Below are positions 44,201 through 55,246 of a DNA stretch of 64,000 bases, one piece after another. The translations under genes were made by a program, and so were the position numbers. The stretch is taken from assembly GCA_008690995.1 (NCBI GenBank), contig VRMN01000008.1, forward strand, positions 496,001 through 560,000. Direction: 5' to 3'. The notes under the pieces were generated by a model. The model saw only the letters and a list, made by a program, of their open reading frames with translations, did not search any database and had not been told where the DNA came from. Numbering within the stretch: the first letter of the stretch is position 1; the number at the start of each line of letters is the position of its first letter. This DNA comes from Porphyridium purpureum. Lineage: Eukaryota.

Positions 44201-45462
44201 AGGATGTTGTGTATTTGATATTGGCCCTGTACTCGGGTGTTGGAAGAGGCACGCTTGAAGCCATGCTTGACCCGCGGTGCTGGGGCACGCGCAAGAACCT
44301 GATGGATTACCGGCTGCCATGGCATGCGTACCAGATGTTGGTGGCAGTGACGGGCGCGCGGCCTGCTCTGCGCGCGCCTGTGGATATTCATGAGAACTTT
44401 GCGGCACAGCTTGAGAACGCGGGACTGATGACTTGGTCACTGTATGTCCGCGCGGCGGGAATGGAAGGATCCGGCACGCGTGGTAGCGCATACGCCGAAG
44501 CGCAGTTTCGGAGCGCGTTGCAGCGATTGTATCCGAAACTGTGCACCGAAACGGTCATGGTCGGTAGAACCGAGCGTATGCGCGCTGACGTGTTCCTCGT
44601 TGATCATCTTTGCGTACCGCAAGCATGGCTTTTTGAAGCCAAGGCGCTGTGGCAGCGCTACGAAATGTTTGACATTCGGGAGGCGCAGACTAGGCTTGCG
44701 CTCAGCCAACTCTTGCTGCAAGACCGCTGGAGCGATGCGACAAGGGCGGCAGAGCTCGACCTTGACCTCGGTCTGGCGGCGCTGAACGAGGCGCACGCCG
44801 TGCTCGCGCGGCGCGTTTTCCCCGCGGTGGTGGCCCAGATTGCACAGCGTCAGCAGCCTGCTCTGCGGGGTCAGACCAAAGCAAGTGGCTCGGCGCTGCA
44901 TTCGGCGCTGCCTGTGCTCAGCGGACCGTCTGAGCGCGCAGCGGTGCAAAAGTTGAGCGCACAGCTTGAGCAGGTTGAGCGCCTCGCTGGCGGTCGGATC
45001 GACGCCATTGCAGCCTGGAGCAGCTTAGGACGCGTGTTTCTCTTTTGGTTGCACTTGGTGGACGACGCGGCAGATCATGATGCTGCGCGCCGAGACCTAC
45101 CGCGGCTGCATGAGATGGCGCAGGCGCTGCTGCGCACGGCGGTGGAGCTACGGCGGGGCGCGCCCAAAGCCGTGGATGGATCTGTGGCCCTGCGCGACCG
45201 GGCGGGCGTAGACGTGACGCTGCTGGTCTTGGCGGACACGGTGGTGGCGCTGCAGCGTGCGTGCACGGTGCGGATGCGCGAGGCGATTGAGATCAACGGC
45301 GCTGATGCGGACGCGGTGGACGAGCTCAAGGCCGCGACGCAGCTCTGCGCGGACGACCTGGTCGCGCTGCAGGACCTGACGAGCACGAGCCTCAAGCTGC
45401 GGCTCATGGGCGAGTACAGCTTTGAGGAGAAATTCGGCGACGCGCGGCGCTGGTTTGTGTAA
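38217..45462 (+). CDS. NUP98: Nucleoporin NUP98-NUP96 precursor (with a frame discontinuity near 38336-38355)
   Basis: Extensive GLFG/SAFG repeats, GLEBS (SICMMPAYKDKCCDELRYEDY), autoproteolysis domain (GYYTRPS...GLDLD..V....VVVYPD...LNKPA...WEFEVEHFSRYG), RSFRIGF, and Nup96 helical domain (DYRLPWH, FAAQLE..GL). Confidence 0.95.
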
Positions 45463-47209
45463 TGCCGGAAGGCGTGTGCGGTGTGCCGATATTCGCCGTA
45501 GGATGTGAGCCGTTCGCCGACCGACGCTGGCGCGACCATCGACACGCCATCGCGCTATGGCCGAATCGCCGCGCGGCGGGCGAAATGCGCGTCGATTCTC
45601 CGCTGCACGAGCCCGGAAGATTTCTCCCGCGCGCGGCCGACTGGACCGTGGCGCGGCACTGGCGGACGGCGGATGAGGATCGATGCGCTTGCCGTCATCG
45701 CGCTGCTGGCGTCACGCTGTGCATGTGCGCGCGCGCGCACGCGTAGGCGCGCCGCACGCCATCCGTTTACACCACCAGCCGCTTTATACACTCCCCGCAT
45801 TCAACAATCAAGGCACGCACGAACATCTCTGGCTCGGTGTCCAACGGCAACCGCGCGTTTCTCCCGCCTTCCCACTCAAAGACGATCGCGGTGACGTGTC
45901 AACACCCCCCTACAGAACACATAATAAAAAAAGGCGATTCTACGCCATTCCATTCCTTCCCCCAAGCCATCATCCTCTCCACCAACACACCAACGCAGAC
46001 ACGCTGTATCGATATTCAATCGTTCGATATTCCGCGCGCGCGCGCGCCTTTTCTCCTCTCGATCGATCCGTGGTCAATCTAGCCACAAACCCCCACCCCC
46101 TCCTTCCCTTTTTCATGCTTGCTCACCCAAAAATAGCGCGGCGCGCCTCACCTGATTGCGCGTCATTTCGACATGTTTCTCAAGACGCCATTCTGTATGA
46201 GGTGCGAGCATACTCCCGCCGTTCTCCGCGCGCGCTTTACACACGCGTGTCGTGCTGTGTGTCTCGCTCCATTCCGCACGGCGGCAGATGTGCTTGATCT
46301 GAACGAGCAAGCACGCCTGTGTAACAGACGGTGTGTTTTTACCAGGACCGTTGCCGGCGGCTTGCGACGCGGAGATTTTTAGACGCGCGTGGGTCTGTGA
46401 GACACGCCGCGTGCGGGCTGGAAGACAATGCCCGACGCCGCCGCCGACGGGAGTGCTGACGGTGTGAGAACGTGAGAACGCGAGAAAGCATGCTTGCGTG
46501 ACACGTACACAAGTGCAAACATGCAACCGCCGCGATACTTGTGTGTGTGTGCGTTCGTGCGTGCATGCGTGATTTTGTGTGCGTTCCCCCCCCCCTATTT
46601 GTGTTTGGGTTTCTTTCGACAGGTGTCCGATTTGTGTGTGTGTGTGTGTGCATGTGTGTCCATGTTTTGTGTGTGTGGAAGGCGAAACGCGCACCACTTC
46701 AAACCTGCACATCGCTGTGTATCGCACCCTCGCGGGATCTTGTGATGGCGTGTGCTGCGTGTGTTGCGTGTCTGTCCGTGACTGAATGAATGTGCGCATG
46801 CTGGTGGTAATGGTGGTGGTGGTGGTGTGTGTCTGTAGCAAGTGCTGGATCAGCAGGTATAAAAGTTAAGCGCAAGAGACAGTCACGCACGTGCGCGCAC
46901 TGAGAGGGAGGGACAGAGAGGCACACAGACAGACAGAGAGCGTGTGTGACGCAAGAAGGGAGCAAGGGAGGCAAGAGAAGCAAAGTGGATGGGTGGGTAG
47001 AAGGAGGGGAAGCAAGGGGGACACGAGCAACGTGCGCATCGAGGTTTGCAGAGGCAAGTGCTGTGTGTTGAAGAGGGAGGTGCAGAGACGAGCGAACGAC
47101 GGAGCGCGCCAAACAGGGCGGCTGGATGGTTGCGAGGAGGCGTTGAGCGCCGGGATAGAGAGAGAGAGACAGACAGACGTGCATGCACAAGGCGAGGCGG
47201 CCGAGAGAT

Positions 47210-48712
47210 ATGGGGAATAATACGCAGTCGTGTGGCGCGGAGGACAAGGCGCCGCGCGCGCCGCTGCCGTTCGCGGGCGCGATGAGCAGAAAGCGCACGT
47301 TCATGGCAAACGGCACCGAGTTTTGCGTCGACGAGCGGTACCGCTTCAAGCACGTGCTGGGTAGTGGCACGTACGGCGTCGTCGTCGCGTGCGAGGATAC
47401 ACGGACGGGACGCAACGTCGCCATCAAGAAAATACTGCAGCCGTTCGAGGAGGAGTATGCCACGCGCAACACCCTGCGCGAAATCAAGTTGCTGCACTAT
47501 CTGAAGCACGAAAATGTGCTTTCGCTGCTCGACCTCGACGAGCCACAAAGTGTTCTCGAAGAGGAGTGGCTCACTGACTCGGATGAGCTCGGCGACGAAG
47601 ACGACTTGAGCGAGCGGGAATCTCCGCAGCACGGCGACGAAGAAGAAACCGCGCAACAACGGCGACAGCGCGAGGCCGCGGGACCAGGACCGTCGGTCAG
47701 TCCCGATAGCGAGGGCAGGCGCTGCGCGAGGGGCGGCGCGAGAACAGCGCGCGGCACAAGCATTTCAGAGTGGCTCCCGCGCGAGGACGACGCCATCTAC
47801 ATGGTGACTGAGCTCATGGACACCTCGCTGCGCCGCGTCATCCGAAGCGACGAGCAGCTCAGCTTGGCGCACACCAAGTTTTTCATGTACCAGCTGTTCC
47901 GCGCGCTCAAGTACATCCACTCGGCCAACGTGCTGCACCGCGATATCAAGCCCGGCAACGTACTGGTCAACCGCGACTGCGACCTCAAGCTGTGCGACTT
48001 TGGACTCGCGCGCTACGTCGACCCGGCCTCCAAGGCAGGCAATGGCGCGTCCGCGCAGTCGCCGCCGTTTCTGACCGAGTACGTGGTATCCCGCTGGTAC
48101 CGCGCGCCCGAGGTTCTGCTGAGCTGCCCAGACTATGATGCCAAGATTGACGTGTGGGGCGCGGGCTGCATCATGGCCGAGCTTCTGTCCCGCAAGCCGC
48201 TGTTTCAGGGCACGTCAACGCCCGACCAGCTGCACCGCATTGTGCGCGTCCTGGGATCACCGAGCGCTGACGATCTCGAGTTTGTCACGGTGCCCTCGTC
48301 GCGCCGCTTCTTGGAAAAGATGGGCTACAGAGATGGCGTCCCGCTGGCGTCCTTGTTTCCGGAGGACACGGCGCCGGACGCGCTCGATTTGCTCGGAAAG
48401 CTGCTCATGTTCAACCCGGCCAAGCGGTACTCGGCCGAGCAGGCGCTGAACCATCCGTTCATGCAAGAGTACCACAGAATGTTCGCCGAGCCGTCCGCGC
48501 CGGCCGAAGTGGAGCGAGGTTTTTGCCACGACGATGAGGAGCTGGACGAGGCGCAGATGCGCCGGCTGATCATGGATGAAATTGCGTGCTTCCATCCGCA
48601 TCCCCAGTTTTCGCACATCCCAAAGCTCAGCAGCGAGGTGCAGTACTGTGACGACAGTCCCGTGGCCAGGGGCGCAGTCAGCGTCATATCGCCAGAAGCA
48701 GGCGTCCCGTGA
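47210..48712 (+). CDS. Mitogen-activated protein kinase (TEY)
   Basis: GSGTYGVV, VAIKK, TLREIKLL, ELMDT, HSANVLHRDIKPGN, CDLKLCDFGLAR, TEYVVSRWYRAPE, AEQALNHP. Confidence 0.96.
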   Translation: MGNNTQSCGAEDKAPRAPLPFAGAMSRKRTFMANGTEFCVDERYRFKHVLGSGTYGVVVACEDTRTGRNVAIKKILQPFEEEYATRNTLREIKLLHYLKHENVLSLLDLDEPQSVLEEEWLTDSDELGDEDDLSERESPQHGDEEETAQQRRQREAAGPGPSVSPDSEGRRCARGGARTARGTSISEWLPREDDAIYMVTELMDTSLRRVIRSDEQLSLAHTKFFMYQLFRALKYIHSANVLHRDIKPGNVLVNRDCDLKLCDFGLARYVDPASKAGNGASAQSPPFLTEYVVSRWYRAPEVLLSCPDYDAKIDVWGAGCIMAELLSRKPLFQGTSTPDQLHRIVRVLGSPSADDLEFVTVPSSRRFLEKMGYRDGVPLASLFPEDTAPDALDLLGKLLMFNPAKRYSAEQALNHPFMQEYHRMFAEPSAPAEVERGFCHDDEELDEAQMRRLIMDEIACFHPHPQFSHIPKLSSEVQYCDDSPVARGAVSVISPEAGVP

Positions 48713-48784
48713 GCGGGATTATGTGATAGAATGTAGTTTATTGATAGTGAAGAGTGCAGTACAGCACTGCGCCATGTGAATAAA

Positions 48785-48847
48785 ACAAGTTCAAGACAAC
48801 AACAACACCAACCAAAACAAAAAAAAAAAAAAAAACAAAAACAAAAA
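48785..48847 (+). repeat. A-rich low-complexity tract
   Basis: caagttcaagacaacaacaacaccaaccaaaacaaaaaaaaaaaaaaaaacaaaaacaaaaa, following AATAAA at 48779. Confidence 0.85.
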
Positions 48848-49455
48848 CGGACCAGGTGTGTGAGAGTCGGCATGTGTTCGAGCGCGCAGGTCCGCGCGCA
48901 CCCCGGCTCGCGCGGACCGTCGGATGCGACGGCGCGTCAACCTGCTGAGCGTCTCTGTTTCGTCCATGCAAAGCCAGTCGCGCTGCGAATCAGCAGAGAC
49001 ATGCAATTCTCGGCTACCGCGCTTGCGCATTGCGTGCACGCCCTGTTCCTGTGACGAAGGAAAACGAACATGCAAAGCATGCCATGCTCGTCCGCATGCC
49101 AAAGTCGCGCCTCTTGGTGATTCGGCATGACCATGCGCAGCAATTCAAAGCGCGCGCTACATTGGGCCTGCATGCGTGCCGCCCTGCCGGTAGATGTTTG
49201 ATGAGAGCGGTTCAACGCTGCATTTCACTGCAGAAAGACAAAGCTCACAGCTGGTGGTCGTGCGGATGGGGTTGGACTTGCAAGGCCGGAAAATGGCTTT
49301 TCTCTCTTGCTCGAGTCGCGCAAGCAGAGTTTGACAAAACGAGTTGCCCCTCAATTTTCTTTACAGACAACCTACCCATCTGGCGCATGTCTGCCATGGA
49401 CCAGAAATAATGGCAGCTCGGTGCGAGACGGCGCTGATGGTCTCTGTATTTTTGT

Positions 49456-52400
49456 CTACGACGCTGGTAAGAGGCGCCCGAGCTCCGACCAGCCGGCCAG
49501 AACGAATGGATACAAGTGGCAGAATCGCTGGATTTCGCTTAACCGGTCGGCCGCAGATGCAATTCGGCGAATGCGTTCAATCTCGTGCTCGCAGCTATCG
49601 AGCTGCTGTGAGCGCGCAATGCTGAGCAATCCGTCAACACTCGCATCCCCTGGCGCGCTTGATTTTTCAAGCAGGACAGCGAGGTACGCAAGTTCAGACA
49701 GATTGAGCTGCTCCACGCGCTCGTTCGTCTCTGCCAATTTTACAATTTGGAGCAGCGCGTACGACTCGCCGCGGCTCGCCAGCAGCCCGCCACCAAGGAG
49801 CGAAGCTTCACGGAACGCGTTGATTACAGCTCGCAAGCGTGAACGCAGGGTGTCCGGTGCAAGGTCATGGCGCGTCGCAGAGTACAGCTCCACGCGAAGC
49901 GCACCGACTAGTAGCCACGCAAGTCCAGATGTCGGATCGTTCTGCAACGACAACAGCGCGCAACGTGCTGCTGTGGCAATCAATGCACGGTTTGCACTCT
50001 TGGCAGAGACCGCTGCGCGGGATAGGACCATACAAACGCACCCTACGGTCAGACGCTCGCCATCTCCCATTCGCGAGATACCACCGCGGCTATTGCGCAG
50101 CGCCAATTGCAGCTGATCCGCGAGCAAATGAATCACAGCCTTGTCGCTGCGGTTCTGCTTGCTCAGCACGAGCAGGAAGGCAAGCAGTAAGCGGCGGTCG
50201 AGTCCCGTACCTTCAGAGCTTGAACTCAAGTACTGACGCAGAATGCTGGGGAGTTCAAGAGCCGTTTGTGCTTTCATCGAGCCCAGCAGCAACATGGCGC
50301 CAAACGCCACCTCAAATGTGCCCGAGCTGCGAGTCGCACTGCTCATGACAAGACGCGCACTGCGCTCAACTTGCTCAATGGAAGTCGCAACGTCACTCTG
50401 CATTCTGACGTTTGCACTCAAATTCGAAGCGTACAAGCACAATGCCCACACTATGCGAGCTCTTTCCTGCGCCAAGTGCGCACGCACTTGTGATTCCTCT
50501 CTCTCACCTTGTTGCTTGAGCGCTTCCTCGGTACAAGTCCATGAGCGAAGCATCCAGCAGAGTGCTGAAAACCAAGACCCGCGCGCCACGTATTCGGCGG
50601 CGCGGCCCTGGTAAATCGAGCTGAGCACTTGGCTACGCAGTAGACTCAAGCCTGTGTGCTCATCTTCGGCTGGATCATCGGAACCAGGTTCAATCAGCCG
50701 CGCAGCATCCTGGTCGCGTCCCACCGTCATGTAAGCCTGCGCGAGTTCAAGACGCACAAGATTGAGCTTGGTCGGGAGCCCCTTTGTCCATTTCTTTCTC
50801 TGAGTTTGATCTTGAGCAAGAGACAGTGCAGTTTCAAAACTCGCGACGGCAGAGCCTAGTTGCCGGCTCAGCTGGTAAGCCTTCGCCAGTAGCCGCCACA
50901 GATCTACAAGTAAGCGTCTACTCTGAGTCGGAGGCGCGACTTCAACATCGAGGCTTTCGATAACTTGAGCGGTCAAGCACGACCGGCTTGTTGCTAGCTT
51001 CCCGGTGCGCCCGTAACCGCGGATTGCGTCTCGGAACGACTTGATTGCTTCGCGAATCACGCGCTCGCGCTGCGACGCATCGAAGGAAATTTTCGAAACT
51101 TTTGCTTTGCCCACACCATGTGTTCGATCCAGTTCACTGACATGGTGTAACGCCAAAAAGCCGCTCATCAGACTGGCCCACGGCACTTGAAGCTGACTCT
51201 CTAGAGCCTTTTCGTTTATGGTACGGATGCGTGCTAATTCGGTCGGCAACATTGTCCTGTCCGAACGAATCCGGAGTAGCATATTGCAAAGACGGGGCCC
51301 AGCCACGACATGCGCTGGATCCAGATTGAGAGCCTTGGCGTAGCAGCGCTCGGCGCGGGTTCTTTGTACGTCAAAGTGAGGATCTGCGTCAGTAAGTTGG
51401 TCTTCAAGTAAAGCACCAAGCCATGCAAACGCATCGGCGTTCAAAGGGTTCAGGTGTGCACTATGGATATACGCCTCCCGCGCCGCCGCGTAATCTCGAG
51501 TCTGAACATTCCCATGCCCACACAGCGCCAGATAAAGCTGCGAGTCACTGGCAATGCGATTCGGTAACGCACCCACCATGTCGAGAATTCGCTCGTTAAA
51601 CGTACGAAAAGGACTGGCGCCAGATTGCTCGTAAAGAGGACGGAGAAGCGCAAAGTCGCGCACCCACATGCGCCAAGTTGCGGAAGCTCCTTGTGGTTCA
51701 AGTATTGAGCCCTCATGGGAATCCCGCTTTGCCAGATTGGTGCATTTCTGGAAGTACTCGGAAGCTTGGACAAAGTTGCGACGGACAAGCGCCAGAATTC
51801 CTAAATAGTGAATGCCTAGTTGATTCTCTCCATTCACGCTGGTAAGCTTTTCAATGCAGGCCATAACCTTTGCGTCCGTCACCTCTCGCCGCCTCGCATA
51901 ATACTGAAGACCGCATGAAAGGACCATCTCATGCAATGCTCGGAGCTGCAGGAAGCTTGCATCCCTGATCTGGTCCACATTCAAGGCAAAGTGAGCCAGA
52001 ACGTGATCGACAAGTTGGTCTGAATCCGCGGAAGCATCGAGCGTCTCGGATAAAAGGTACGCCAACACAAGAAGCATGGCGAGACTTGATTTCTGCCCCG
52101 CAGGACCACCACGGTTCTGGTCCGCGGCGAACCCGAAACTAAGGATATGACCGTGCGCTAAAAGCGGAGCAACGAAAGGCCTGAGACTCGCCGATGCAAG
52201 CTTGAGTTCCCCGGTGTGTAGATGAATCGCAGCTTGTAACAGCACGGCGTTAATTGCCGTATCCTTTGACGGTGCGCGCTTTCCTGAAAGACGTAAATCT
52301 GCGGAGATGCGATCCGCTCCTACCCATGTCTTTGCCACCTCAATCAAATTCGCATCGTGGAGACCATCAGTCGCCCGTGAGAAGATCCGCGATGCAATAA

Positions 52401-53445
52401 AGCCGTGCGCCCGGCTACTCAACGTGCCACGCGTTAACTGCTCGCAGTGCATAAGCGGGTCTGTATACACCATACGCTGGGCGAGTGCTACCGAACGCGA
52501 AGGGTCGAGTGCAAGTCCTTCGTCGCATTCTAAAAGCTCGAGCATGGCATTCATCGCAGCGACACTCATCGGGCACATCAGAAGGAGACGGTCCAGCGCA
52601 TCTGCGATCTCTTGCACGTTTGAATAACGGCTCGACGAAAGAATTCCGCGTTGAACAAACTGGTCGACAACGCGTGGATATTGACGGAATGCTCCTTTGA
52701 GGCTTGCATCTTCTCGGTCGAAGAGATCAAACACGTTCTGTTCAAGAAACATGTGGAACTGCTGTTGATCAGTTTCCGACTCCCGCTCTCCCCTGGATTG
52801 AAAGCTTTCTCGGAGGACCAAGCAAAGGTCGACAGATGCGATCAAGGCTTGCGTGGAATTTTGTGCTCGTGGTGACGGGTCTGCGTCCATCCAAAATTCC
52901 CAATCACCCGTGTCTTCCGCAGAACCTTGTGGATGCTCTTCTTGCGCTCTCAAAAGCTCCCACAGTCCAAGCCCGGTCTCGATCGCATGGCGGACAAGGC
53001 CACTCCGATCGTTGTCGTTCTGCTCGTTTCGCGCGCGCATCTGGAGGAAGCGGAACTTTTTCCGCATATACAAGGCGCGCGAAGCTTCCTGTGACGCGAT
53101 CATTATATCGTAAGCTGCGCAAACGCGTTGCCACGGGGGATCAAACTCGTCGGAGTGTCGCATCCTTGTGTGAGTCTCGCACAGGTCGACCAGCGCCTTG
53201 CTGATTGACACGTTCGACCCGGCGCCGGCACCTTGTGCTCCCGGGCCTGCGGCCTTTTCCAATGCAGCCATCGACGACGTGCACTTGCCCTGGCGCGCCG
53301 CGACGGCCGCGGCAATTCCGTATGCCGCATGGTTCGACGCGTCGTGCTTCAACGAGATCTTGCACTGCTTCAACGCCTCCTCGAGCTCCCCTGCACTTAA
53401 TGCAGCGCGCGCCTGCTTGAGTGCCTGCTTGCTCAAGTCTGCCAT
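49456..53445 (-). CDS. SKI3: TPR protein, SKI complex subunit SKI3/TTC37
   Basis: N-terminus KQALKQARAAL...EEALKQC...KHDASNHAAY and central AYIHSAHLNP..ADAFAWLG...RAERCYAKALNLDP are characteristic of Ski3; about 1330 aa. Confidence 0.78.
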   Translation of the reverse strand: MADLSKQALKQARAALSAGELEEALKQCKISLKHDASNHAAYGIAAAVAARQGKCTSSMAALEKAAGPGAQGAGAGSNVSISKALVDLCETHTRMRHSDEFDPPWQRVCAAYDIMIASQEASRALYMRKKFRFLQMRARNEQNDNDRSGLVRHAIETGLGLWELLRAQEEHPQGSAEDTGDWEFWMDADPSPRAQNSTQALIASVDLCLVLRESFQSRGERESETDQQQFHMFLEQNVFDLFDREDASLKGAFRQYPRVVDQFVQRGILSSSRYSNVQEIADALDRLLLMCPMSVAAMNAMLELLECDEGLALDPSRSVALAQRMVYTDPLMHCEQLTRGTLSSRAHGFIASRIFSRATDGLHDANLIEVAKTWVGADRISADLRLSGKRAPSKDTAINAVLLQAAIHLHTGELKLASASLRPFVAPLLAHGHILSFGFAADQNRGGPAGQKSSLAMLLVLAYLLSETLDASADSDQLVDHVLAHFALNVDQIRDASFLQLRALHEMVLSCGLQYYARRREVTDAKVMACIEKLTSVNGENQLGIHYLGILALVRRNFVQASEYFQKCTNLAKRDSHEGSILEPQGASATWRMWVRDFALLRPLYEQSGASPFRTFNERILDMVGALPNRIASDSQLYLALCGHGNVQTRDYAAAREAYIHSAHLNPLNADAFAWLGALLEDQLTDADPHFDVQRTRAERCYAKALNLDPAHVVAGPRLCNMLLRIRSDRTMLPTELARIRTINEKALESQLQVPWASLMSGFLALHHVSELDRTHGVGKAKVSKISFDASQRERVIREAIKSFRDAIRGYGRTGKLATSRSCLTAQVIESLDVEVAPPTQSRRLLVDLWRLLAKAYQLSRQLGSAVASFETALSLAQDQTQRKKWTKGLPTKLNLVRLELAQAYMTVGRDQDAARLIEPGSDDPAEDEHTGLSLLRSQVLSSIYQGRAAEYVARGSWFSALCWMLRSWTCTEEALKQQGEREESQVRAHLAQERARIVWALCLYASNLSANVRMQSDVATSIEQVERSARLVMSSATRSSGTFEVAFGAMLLLGSMKAQTALELPSILRQYLSSSSEGTGLDRRLLLAFLLVLSKQNRSDKAVIHLLADQLQLALRNSRGGISRMGDGERLTVGCVCMVLSRAAVSAKSANRALIATAARCALLSLQNDPTSGLAWLLVGALRVELYSATRHDLAPDTLRSRLRAVINAFREASLLGGGLLASRGESYALLQIVKLAETNERVEQLNLSELAYLAVLLEKSSAPGDASVDGLLSIARSQQLDSCEHEIERIRRIASAADRLSEIQRFCHLYPFVLAGWSELGRLLPAS

Positions 53446-54849
53446 CTGATCCGTACAATTCTTGTTGACCCTCGTCCCGCACCAATCTTGCGAAAGCTCA
53501 TGAAAGCTGTGCGATGTCGACGGCACAAGAGCCATTCCTTTCGACATAAGTTGCGCAGGAGAGACATCGCGGTGATCGACCAAGTTCGGGAGCATGCAGA
53601 CGATGCGAAATGGCGAGTCCAACAGAGGAAACAAGGAGACAAGAGATGGGATGGCATACCTCGAGTGCCAACACCCGGGTAGTGACGCTAGCCAGTACCT
53701 TACTGCGCGCGTCGTTCAAGCATGCCAGTGTTGCTGGCAATGTATCGTAGTCTGGAAAAAAAGGAGCGACTTGTTATTTGTTTAGTTGCGAGTGCAGGTC
53801 CTCCAGAGTGGCTCATCTTCTCTGCGTTTTATTTCTGCGTACGCGCTGTCAAGTGCTGCGTGGCAGCAGGATGTAACCTTTCTTCAACGCCTCATACAAT
53901 TCATCAGGATGCAATGCAGACACGACAAGTCGAAAGGTTCGTACACTTCGTGTGAAAGCGTCCGGGTCGGTCCGCTCTGGAAACGTAATTGCTTGCACGC
54001 ACTTTCGCGCATCAAAAATCCAAGACACACGGGCGTTGTCAAAGCTGATCTTGTAAATATGTCCTTGTTGGTTGGCTGGTTCTTCGAAGCGTGCGTGATC
54101 CCCGCTTTGACGCCGAACAGCATCTTGGCTCACGTGCAAGACGTTTTGACGGCGAACCAAATTCTCAAACAGAACAACGACCAAGAAAAAGTTCGTCGCT
54201 TTTGGACCGAATCGGTTTCTTGTGCCCCGCGACATACTGTCCCATGTCGTTGCAAGCGTCTCATTGTACAAGATTCTTCCTTTTACTGTCACGCGAAAGC
54301 TCGGGAATTCTGCAGCCCTCTTCGTCACCGTCTGAGATGAGGGGGGCAAAGGTGCGAATCGGCAACTCGATTTGTGCCCGTCGAAGCCAAGACCTTACGG
54401 CAAACATTATCGCATCCGCTTCTTGCAAATGGCAAAACACTTCCTATCTCCGCTCTCGCGGCTTTACCCTTCTTCCCCTAGCTTTTCTGCCACGAAAGGT
54501 TTGCGATCAGCTTCGACTGGGTTCAATCCGTCGACATGGGCAGTGGCGTCAGCCGAAAGGTTCAGCAAGGCCTTCTCCTCTGGAGCAGTCGACGCTGCTG
54601 CAGGCATCGGCGCCCCCGAATCTGGCATCTTACCGACCTTCCTAGCCCAATCCGCCCCGGCAACCTTGCCTCGATCCTTATCCTGAGGATCCACGACACG
54701 TTTGACTTTCTGCGTCCGTTCCACGTTTCCACGCCGCAGCGACGACTGATTCGCCGATGCCGATCTGGCCTCGGCGGCCTCGGCCGATCCGGCTCCCTGC
54801 GTGTATGGACTGCGAGATAAGGAAACGAGCCGAGCCGCGTCGCGGTACT

Positions 54850-54996
54850 CTAGTCCTTGTACACAATCGCTTTGCCGACGTCAATCAACACGGGAGTGAC
54901 CCGAATCACGCCAAACCACACCGCCAGCATGGCCATATTTGCGTGCAGAATCGCTCGCATCATCTGCTTGTTGGGCTGCTGATATCCGCTGTTCAT
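54850..54996 (-). CDS. Small TOM complex subunit (plant TOM6 / metazoan TOM5 type), 48 aa
   Basis: MNSGYQQPNKQMMRAILHANMAMLAVWFGVIRVTPVLIDVGKAIVYKD: a P.K...L...helix..W...IR..P pattern as in plant TOM6, and RVTP as in metazoan TOM5. Confidence 0.7.
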   Translation of the reverse strand: MNSGYQQPNKQMMRAILHANMAMLAVWFGVIRVTPVLIDVGKAIVYKD

Positions 54997-55246
54997 CTTG
55001 CGCGCGTGTAAAATAAGAGAACGTATGTCCACAGGTATGTCGTCCTCGCCCCCCTTTTTTCCTCCTCTTCCTTCGCCCCCACTCACACGCGCACGCTTGG
55101 CAAAGTCGGCGTCGACCGCGCAGTTGAAATCATAAATTGATAGCGTTTACTTATAAGAACATCGTTTTCTTTGACTCGGTGCGTGAAGAGACGAAAGCCG
55201 CCAGCGACGGATGTGACATCGAGACGCAAGAGACAAGCGACGATGC

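Noticed and set aside
45463..47200. ORFs of 200-260 aa upstream of the MAPK gene
   Set aside because: Produced by TG/GA/GC microsatellite-like sequence; probably promoter or leader.
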